Assembly (NCBI GenBank): GCA_963801165.1
Contig: CAWDDT010000005.1
Location: forward strand, 512,001-576,000
Length of the DNA stretch: 64,000 nt
Source of the DNA: an uncultured bacterium
Lineage (GTDB): Bacteria; Actinomycetota; Acidimicrobiia; Spongiisociales; UBA5794
Direction of reading: 5' to 3'
This document shows positions 39,011-46,175 of this stretch, piece by piece (position 1 is the first letter of the stretch; each line of letters starts with the position of its first letter). Below the pieces are notes generated by a model, which was not told where the DNA came from, made no database searches, and saw only the letters and a list, made by a program, of their open reading frames with translations. A program made the position numbers and the translations under genes.

Positions 39011-39748
39011 CTAATAGATCAGGTTTCGCGGATAGCCGAGATATGTGTCCACTCCGTAGCCGATCCGCCACTGCCATGTCCGATTGCGTAGCCAGCTGAC
39101 TCCCAAGCTGTATGAGTGGTAGTCGGCTTCGACGTAAGCTGCCTTCGCGACGGTTTGTGTTAGCTCACCCAGGGAGTCGTACTGTGAGCAATCAGGCGTG
39201 TAGCAAATCTTGTCGCCAGTGCCTGGGCTCGAGGTCTTGAGCGCATCACGAAGGTCCTCGGCGAAGGCTACCTGGCTGGTGTATTGGTAGATTATGTGTG
39301 TTCCACCGTACGACGCAGAGGCCCCGCAGTCCTTTGTCTTGGCGTTGGAGTGAATCGGGATGTGGATGTCAGCACCCCAGGAGTTCGAGTCACTGATCTT
39401 CGTGCTGGCGCTCACTCCCCAGCGCACTTTGACGTAATAATGCCGGTCTAGTAGATCCGTGCCGTAGCCGGAAGCTGCCTCCACGGCTATGTCTGGGGCG
39501 CCTTCCGATACGCTGTCCTCAACGTAGCCGTCGCAGCCCACGTTTGCACCGCCGTGATAGGCCGGAGACAGATAGACCTTGTACTGGTTCCAGCCATTCG
39601 TCGGCCAATAGTAAGCACTGCCCGCCGAGGCCGGCTGGGCAGCGACAAGATTGCCCACGGCAAACGACGCACCAAAAGCAACCAGCATCAGAATTGCCAA
39701 GCGGACAGCCTTTCGGCGCAGCTTTGCTTTATCTGCGGCATTCATCAT
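39011..39748 (-). CDS. Secreted N-acetylmuramoyl-L-alanine amidase (Amidase_3-like)
   Basis: Signal peptide; KVYLSPAYH, E, SNSWGADIHIPIHSNA, AAYVEADYH Zn/catalytic pattern. Confidence 0.8.
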   Translation of the reverse strand: MMNAADKAKLRRKAVRLAILMLVAFGASFAVGNLVAAQPASAGSAYYWPTNGWNQYKVYLSPAYHGGANVGCDGYVEDSVSEGAPDIAVEAASGYGTDLLDRHYYVKVRWGVSASTKISDSNSWGADIHIPIHSNAKTKDCGASASYGGTHIIYQYTSQVAFAEDLRDALKTSSPGTGDKICYTPDCSQYDSLGELTQTVAKAAYVEADYHSYSLGVSWLRNRTWQWRIGYGVDTYLGYPRNLIY

Positions 39749-40142
39749 GACCTCACTCGAATCTCGTTTGTCTCGAACACCGTTCGTCTCCCCTTTCCTT
39801 GAAGGTCTCGCAGATCAGGAACTCTCTTGCCTGCACCTCTCTGTCGTAATACTTGGTCATGACCGCCCGATGGGTTCAGGTCGAAGTGCCCGAATCCAAC
39901 GGCTGCGAGGCCACACGGAGGAGCTCGTTCAGGTCTACGCCCAAACGAGGGCGGGCCCAGCGCTACGGAGGATGGCCGTAGCGGCGCCGGACCCACCCCC
40001 ACATAGATGTTGATCTCAGCCTGTCTGGTGGTTCACCGACCGGAGTAGGCCTGGAGCCAGCCGAGTGATTGCAGCGATGACCGTGAACCGAATTGCGCCT
40101 GGAGTCAAAGTGCAGTGAGTCAGTCCAGATATTGATCGGAGG

Positions 40143-40679
40143 ATGGCCGTGACTGATTTCATTGTGCAGGCGCTCGCCGCGGCGGTAATCGCTGGGTCGC
40201 TTGGGCCTGCTACCCCAGCTGTCGTAGAGCAGCACTGCGTTGTCGAGGTTGTTGGTCAGGCAGAGGATGGGGAGTTGATCATGTCTGATCCGGTGTGCTT
40301 CGCCGGGTTCGCCGAGGCGATGAGCTACGCCTCTAGCGGTGAACTGGCGTTGCCGGACCAGATCGAGGGCTCTGCTGTGCTTGTGGACGCTGCGGTGGCT
40401 GCGGCGGTGTCGTCGTTCTCGATCGGCATCCACTACTCGGATTACAACGGTGGTGGAAGCTCCATGACCATCTCAGGGTCGGCGTGCACGGGTGGCTATT
40501 GGAATGCCACTGGCTGGTGGGCGAATCGGATCAAGTCGTCATACAACGGCTGTCCGAGGCTGCGCCACTACGACAGCCCGAACCTCGGCGGAGCTTCACA
40601 GACGACGTACACCGCGGGTCAGATCGACAATCTCTCGGCGTTGGCCGGGAAGGTCGAGTCTGTCCAGTATCTGCCGTGA
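40143..40679 (+). CDS. Secreted protein with beta/gamma-crystallin / peptidase-inhibitor-I36-like C-terminal domain
   Basis: HCVV..CF N-terminus; YSDYNGGG...WANRIKSS...C....YDSPNLGG. Confidence 0.65.
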   Translation: MAVTDFIVQALAAAVIAGSLGPATPAVVEQHCVVEVVGQAEDGELIMSDPVCFAGFAEAMSYASSGELALPDQIEGSAVLVDAAVAAAVSSFSIGIHYSDYNGGGSSMTISGSACTGGYWNATGWWANRIKSSYNGCPRLRHYDSPNLGGASQTTYTAGQIDNLSALAGKVESVQYLP

Positions 40680-40682
40680 GTC

Positions 40683-41324
40683 TTGGTGGTGAACTCCTGT
40701 CGAGCGCCGTCCCACGGCGCTCGACATCGGGGTCGGCTGTATTCTCAGGCTGACTTGATTCCAGATTCTGATGTGATCGCTGCCTCGTTGGATGTTCCGG
40801 ATCGTTTCGGTGAGATCTTTGACCGGTACGGTCGACGTGTCTTCGGATATGTCGCTAAACGGATCCCCCGCGAGGATGTGGCCGATGTCACTGGTGATGT
40901 GTTCTTGCGCGCCTTTCGGATCCGACACCGGTACGACCTTGGTCGACCCGATGCTCTGCCGTGGCTGCTTGGTATTGCTACCAACGTGATCGGCGAGTAT
41001 CTCAAGAAGCGCAAGCGGAGAGCCAGAATTGGCCTACGTCCCGATGCTGCGACCGACCTGCCCGTCGAGGAGCTTGCGACCGAGCGGGCAGACGCGGCTC
41101 AGTCCAAGCCCCTCTTGGACCAGGCACTCGCTTCGCTCCATCCTCGTGACAGGTCTGTATTGATTCTCTACGCCGTCGAGGATCTGTCGTATCGGGAGAT
41201 CAGCGACGCTCTTGCCGTCCCGGTCGGGACCGTCAAATCGCGCCTGAACCGGGCACGAGCCGCCGCAAGTGAACGCATTAGTAGTTCGCGCCAAAGACCT
41301 TACGATGGACGCAGAAATGAATAG
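40683..41324 (+). CDS. ECF RNA polymerase sigma factor
   Basis: FGEIFDRY, DVTGDVFLRAF, LPWLLGIATN, LSYREISDALAVPVGTVKSRLNRAR; real start may be downstream. Confidence 0.92.
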   Translation: MVVNSCRAPSHGARHRGRLYSQADLIPDSDVIAASLDVPDRFGEIFDRYGRRVFGYVAKRIPREDVADVTGDVFLRAFRIRHRYDLGRPDALPWLLGIATNVIGEYLKKRKRRARIGLRPDAATDLPVEELATERADAAQSKPLLDQALASLHPRDRSVLILYAVEDLSYREISDALAVPVGTVKSRLNRARAAASERISSSRQRPYDGRRNE

Positions 41325-42300
41325 CAGACGCGATGCAGAGCTTGATGCTGCGGTACGCTCGCTTGTGGGCGATATCGTCCCCACCGATGCCGAACTCGCA
41401 TCGGTGCGCTCGCGACTTGAGGCCGCAATATACGAGGAACGCTACCGGCGCAAGGCTGGAGTTAGTTGGCGATACGCGTGGGCAGCGGGGGTTGTTGCGG
41501 TAGCTCTCGTTGTGACCGGTGCTGTCCTGTGGGCACGACCAGCGCCCCTGCAAGCCGCGCTCGCCGAATACGCCGAGATACTCCTCCAACAGGAACCGCT
41601 GCAACCACAAGCAGGCCAGTTCATCTACCAGGAATCCCACACCACCCAGCTGGCAGTGGTCGACGGATCAGAGCTACCCGACCTTGACGTAGAACAGATC
41701 GCATATCTGATCGTTGGAGAACGGCAGGTCTGGGTTGGTGCCGACAACACCATCGAGCTCGCCATAACCCCAACCGGAGTGGAGTTCTTCTCTGACGAGG
41801 CAGCCGCCGCCTACCAACATGCCGGGCTGGCAGAACTCGACGGTATCGGTGTTACCACCACCGTCACCCAACAATCGCAACTCTTCCCTGACCTGCCCCA
41901 AACACCAGAAGAACTCGAGCAATACCTCCGCGAACAGGCCCGTCTCGGAGGAGGCGTGCTGTCCGAGGACGAACACCTCTTCAACCTCCTAGCGGCGGTC
42001 CTCGCCGATCCCACCATCCCAAACAGCTCGAAAGCTGCCGCCGCAGATGTGATCGGCACCATCAAGGGCGTGAAACTCGTGGAACGGACCGACAGCCATA
42101 TCACTCTGGCGTTGGAGTACACCGACCTCGGTCAGGTGCAACGAACCCTCACTCTCGATCTCACCGCTCCCCAACTCGCATCCGACACGACCGAGCTTCT
42201 CGGTGCCCTCGACGAACTCGACATACCGACTGGGACCATCATCGACGAGACACACTACGAGCCGTCGATCACCACAACATCCGGTTTCCCACCGAGGTAG
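41317..42300 (+). CDS. CU044_5270-like membrane anti-sigma factor
   Basis: Overlaps the sigma stop; VRSRLEAAI, TM helix, PQAGQFIY, RQVWV, LPQTPEELEQYL, IGTIKGV. Confidence 0.75.
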   Translation: MNSRRDAELDAAVRSLVGDIVPTDAELASVRSRLEAAIYEERYRRKAGVSWRYAWAAGVVAVALVVTGAVLWARPAPLQAALAEYAEILLQQEPLQPQAGQFIYQESHTTQLAVVDGSELPDLDVEQIAYLIVGERQVWVGADNTIELAITPTGVEFFSDEAAAAYQHAGLAELDGIGVTTTVTQQSQLFPDLPQTPEELEQYLREQARLGGGVLSEDEHLFNLLAAVLADPTIPNSSKAAAADVIGTIKGVKLVERTDSHITLALEYTDLGQVQRTLTLDLTAPQLASDTTELLGALDELDIPTGTIIDETHYEPSITTTSGFPPR

Positions 42301-42771
42301 TAGAGAGGAACTTTCTGCCCAAAGGTGCAATGCCGCTTGCTCGGCAATTGTCGGCCGGGCGGCTGCGGCGATCAGAATGTGTTGGCAACGCGTTGGTACA
42401 GTCTTTCGTTGTTCACCCAGCGTCTCCATCCGTTGCCGGTGGGGTCCGGAAGTGGCATGACCTCGACTCGGGGGTTCTCCGACAATCTGATGATCGCGGG
42501 GTACCTGCTGCATGTCCTCGACGACCGCCGAGCGACCTGGTCTAGATTCGATAAGCAGCAATCCGGAATCACGGGTCGTGGACAGCAGAGCACACGTTCG
42601 AGGGCTTGCGCAGCCACGTGCCGCAGAGCCTCCACACTCTCAGGACGATTCCGGGGCCGCGCCGCCTTTCGTTGCCGCTGCGAGCGCGGCGGTTGTGGAA
42701 CAGCTGATATGTTCCGCTCGGTGGCAATACCCATACCCGGGGGCGGCGGCTTCGTGAGAATGGCTACCGTC

Positions 42772-43926
42772 CTAGCCGTGGCTTGCGCTCGCGCGATTCA
42801 GCTCCCACACTGTCACTCCATCGTGGTCAATGACGCCAATGTAGGGATCGCCGGACACCGGGTCGAGTCCCAGACTGTTCGGTGTACCCGGGTTCCGGCC
42901 CCCAAATGGATCCGGTATCGGAAGTGCGCGCACAAGGTTCCCAGACCGATCGATTTCTACGTAGGCGCCTATTCCAACTTCCTCGTTGATCTCGGAGAAT
43001 CCAGCCAGCAGCAGATGCAGCGAACCCTGGCGATCGGCGATCACCTCTACAACCGCAAAGACATCTCCACCATCGATCGACGTCATCTCGAGATCGACCA
43101 ACATGGCTGGCTGTGCGTCCGGGAGTGACATACGAACAACTGCGGGATTGCTGGGGTCGGCGGCAAGGCGATAGCGGGAGCCTGCCGGGGTCCGCAGATA
43201 GTCAACCGCCTCGGCAACGAGCGCCCCGTCTTCTATCGCAACCGCAAAGAATCGGGACCCGAGCGTTTCACGTCCAAATACGACATCGCCGTCGTTGTTG
43301 ATGAGGCTCAACAGCCTGTCGCTTTCCTGGTAGGTGATGCGATTGCCAATGATTGTCGCCAAACGCATGTTCGTGGATGAGGCAATAGCGGTCCCGTCGC
43401 TGAGTATCTGCAAACCGGAGAGGGGAGCTTCGTGGGCAATGTCTACCGAATCGAAGAAAGATCCGTCGCGTCCGTACCGGGCGATTCGATCCTTGTAGTT
43501 ATCGAGTATCCACCACCGGCCGAGGAGGTCAAGCGCCACCGGCAGTTCGGGACCCCACGGCTCGTTGACGGAATCCCCGTTCCCGAGCAAGGACTCGTCG
43601 CTCCCATAGCCAAGCGACAGCGCCACTTGCCAATCCTCCGCGAGCGAGAACGGCGTGAGGGAAACGTCATAGTGACGAGTAATCGGATCGAGGCCTACCG
43701 TTGCGGGCGCGACAGTAGTTGTCGAGGTGGTAGTTGGTTCGTCGATTCCGACGTTCTGTGTGGGAACCGTTGATGACCCGGTGTCCTGTATGGCTCCCGT
43801 CGAGCGGGAGGTTCCGGGAGGCACCGGTGGCTCGCTGGTCTCGCTGCACCCAGCGAGACCAGCGAGGACCACGACGAATACCAACCCGAGCTTGAGCGTC
43901 AACTGCAAGTGCCGTCCCAAAGACAT
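42772..43926 (-). CDS. Lipoprotein with beta-propeller-like domain
   Basis: LAGC lipobox; GYGS...LG......GP...ALD..G.WWILD..K.RI. Confidence 0.7.
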   Translation of the reverse strand: MSLGRHLQLTLKLGLVFVVVLAGLAGCSETSEPPVPPGTSRSTGAIQDTGSSTVPTQNVGIDEPTTTSTTTVAPATVGLDPITRHYDVSLTPFSLAEDWQVALSLGYGSDESLLGNGDSVNEPWGPELPVALDLLGRWWILDNYKDRIARYGRDGSFFDSVDIAHEAPLSGLQILSDGTAIASSTNMRLATIIGNRITYQESDRLLSLINNDGDVVFGRETLGSRFFAVAIEDGALVAEAVDYLRTPAGSRYRLAADPSNPAVVRMSLPDAQPAMLVDLEMTSIDGGDVFAVVEVIADRQGSLHLLLAGFSEINEEVGIGAYVEIDRSGNLVRALPIPDPFGGRNPGTPNSLGLDPVSGDPYIGVIDHDGVTVWELNRASASHG

Positions 43927-44570
43927 CCTCCCCAGCGACGTACGCCGGTGAAGGACGAATCACCTCGGTAGGTCCTGACCCATAACCCGGTGCCATCCGC
44001 CTCGCCCTTGGCTTCGATGATGTTGTCGGTGTTCCAGGTCGATGTTGTGGAGTAGATCATCCCAATATGCGAACTCGAAGCCAGCGCATCCATGTAGATG
44101 GTTGACGCCTTGCTGATCTGAGACAGATTTGGGCCGTCTCCTGCTTTGAATTCCGAGGCTGTAAAGGCCCCGTGGATGTTTCTGAGTTGCGGCCAGTATC
44201 TGTATCCGGTCGACGTTTCATTGTCAACCAGAGCCCAAGATTTGAATGTGAATCCCGAGCAATCGCCGCCCTCGCCATGCGTACTCGCAGTCTTAACGGG
44301 ATCGCCGGGTTGGTCATCGATGTTGTTGTTGTTCCAACAGCCGCCGTACCAGTGATACCCCTCATAGCGAGCCACATAGGAGTAGCTGCGAGCAGACGAG
44401 CGATTCCAGGACGAAAGGCTGTAGTCCGTATCCGTGTTGCAGTTGTCCCAGAAGCCATGGGCCGCTGCCTCGGGCGCGTCGATCGCGCTAACGGCAATAA
44501 GCCCCACGAGGAGACCAACGAAGAATCGGACGATGTGGAGGCGCCCGATGTAGCGAATGTGGTGTGTCAT
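43899..44570 (-). CDS. Secreted NlpC/P60-like cysteine hydrolase (putative peptidoglycan endopeptidase)
   Basis: Signal peptide; GYHWYGG, GGDCSGFTFKSW (Cys), SHIGMIY (His), IIEAKG. Confidence 0.75.
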   Translation of the reverse strand: MTHHIRYIGRLHIVRFFVGLLVGLIAVSAIDAPEAAAHGFWDNCNTDTDYSLSSWNRSSARSYSYVARYEGYHWYGGCWNNNNIDDQPGDPVKTASTHGEGGDCSGFTFKSWALVDNETSTGYRYWPQLRNIHGAFTASEFKAGDGPNLSQISKASTIYMDALASSSHIGMIYSTTSTWNTDNIIEAKGEADGTGLWVRTYRGDSSFTGVRRWGGCLWDGTCS

Positions 44571-46036
44571 GACAAGCCTCCAATCTCGAAACGTGCAATC
44601 CAGAATCCAAGTTCATCGTTGCGCAGCTGGTAGAGGCCATTGGGACCAACCTCGAATCGTCCCAGCACCGAGCTGTCCGCCCACCGTGAAGCGTCGACTG
44701 CGAAATGCTCCGTTGACCCATCAGCGTTCAGCACAATGACCTCGAAGACGGCGTCGTTGTCGGTCCAAGTCCGGATGACGACCAGCAAGCGCCCGTTGAC
44801 AATCTCGGCTAGCTGAACTTCGCCGATTTCCCGGTCACTTGTGATACTCCACACAGATCGAATTGAACCCCCACTGATGAGAGCGAAGAGCGCGTGGTCG
44901 CTGTCGGCTGACACGACAAGCTGAGGTTCGGCCAGATCAATCGAGCCGGTCGCCAGCGCACCGTCAGACTCTGACGTGACTCCCGCCTCAGCGCTGGTTA
45001 CCTCAACGAGTCCGCCGATTTGAGCAGCGTCCCTGGTTCTCAAAGGTACTCCAACCGGTGCATTCTCGAGCTGGTCTGGTCGAGCAACCGGTGTGGCATC
45101 GTAAAACGTCGTTGCCCACACACTCCTCGTAGCATCGTGGAGTACCACGCTAGAGTCGATCGCTTCGAGCTTCTCCGGAAGAACATCAGCGAGGAAGCTG
45201 GTCGAGAGGAGCGCGCCTCCCGGGTCGTATGCGGTGATCTTCGGATGGATGCCCGCGCCACCATCGAGAACGAAACGCGTCCCGTCGTCACCTATCGCCA
45301 GATCGGCCAATCCTCCTGTGTGCTCAATAGTCTGAACCTCCGGAGTGCTCGCGCCGCTTGACCACGTGAGCAAGCGGCCGTTAACGCGGTCCAAGACGAC
45401 CAAGGCACCATCGGGATCGAATGCGAACGCGGCTGGACCCTGAACATCTGATTCGTGGCCACCGGTGACACCAAACTCGTTAATCCCATCACCCCATCCT
45501 CCTGAGACGATGATCTCTTCTGGCGGAGTAGCTGATGGGGATGCGGGTAGATGGGTATGGACAGCCGTGCTGTAGCTCCACGCTTCGTGAAACAGGTCAC
45601 GCCGATCCGGTACGCGCACTGTCTCTCCAGTTGCAGTGTTTGAGATTTCCGCGTAGTACTGGAAGCCGTTGTCGGTCACCTGTGGCGGGATGGTTGCTTC
45701 GAGGATAGGGGGGTACTCCCCGGGCTCAAGACTGATTCTCTGGAACGAGTCTGACCCTTGGCTCCTTACGAACACGAAGCCTTCGACGTCACACAGCATG
45801 TCACCGCGTTCGAATGCCTCTTCATCCCAAGCGCAGACAGTGTCATACACAAGCGAGACCGGCTCACCTCGTTCGACCAATACCGGCTGCTTGTGAAACG
45901 CCTGGAATCCTTCCGTTGATGTCGCCAGTCCACGGCTCTGGCCGATGACAATCAAACCTCCTACAGTGACCCCGAGGGCTAGGCCCACTGTCGCGGGCCA
46001 CCGCACGAGTCTCGAGAAAAGCTGTCCCTTGCGCAC
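44567..46036 (-). CDS. Exported protein with Ig-like N-terminal domain and beta-propeller-like domain
   Basis: N-terminal TM/signal; GFQYYAEI; GWGDG..EFG......GP..FAFD.DG.LVVLD.VN.RL; GTG start with GGAGGA RBS; ATGA overlap with the NlpC/P60 gene. Confidence 0.7.
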   Translation of the reverse strand: MRKGQLFSRLVRWPATVGLALGVTVGGLIVIGQSRGLATSTEGFQAFHKQPVLVERGEPVSLVYDTVCAWDEEAFERGDMLCDVEGFVFVRSQGSDSFQRISLEPGEYPPILEATIPPQVTDNGFQYYAEISNTATGETVRVPDRRDLFHEAWSYSTAVHTHLPASPSATPPEEIIVSGGWGDGINEFGVTGGHESDVQGPAAFAFDPDGALVVLDRVNGRLLTWSSGASTPEVQTIEHTGGLADLAIGDDGTRFVLDGGAGIHPKITAYDPGGALLSTSFLADVLPEKLEAIDSSVVLHDATRSVWATTFYDATPVARPDQLENAPVGVPLRTRDAAQIGGLVEVTSAEAGVTSESDGALATGSIDLAEPQLVVSADSDHALFALISGGSIRSVWSITSDREIGEVQLAEIVNGRLLVVIRTWTDNDAVFEVIVLNADGSTEHFAVDASRWADSSVLGRFEVGPNGLYQLRNDELGFWIARFEIGGLS

Positions 46037-46175
46037 AATTCCTCCATTCCTCGACAACGTTGATGTCTTTGCCGTGAATCGTCGACTGGTTCACGGATCT
46101 CATCTCCAAGCGAAGCCTCTCGGCGCGGCCAGAGGAGATCGGGACGAGCGGGCAGGTGACGCTCTGCGGTCGTGA

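Noticed and set aside
42325-42770. Coding gene between the anti-sigma and the lipoprotein
   Set aside because: Overlapping ORFs on both strands show no recognisable motif; may be decayed sequence
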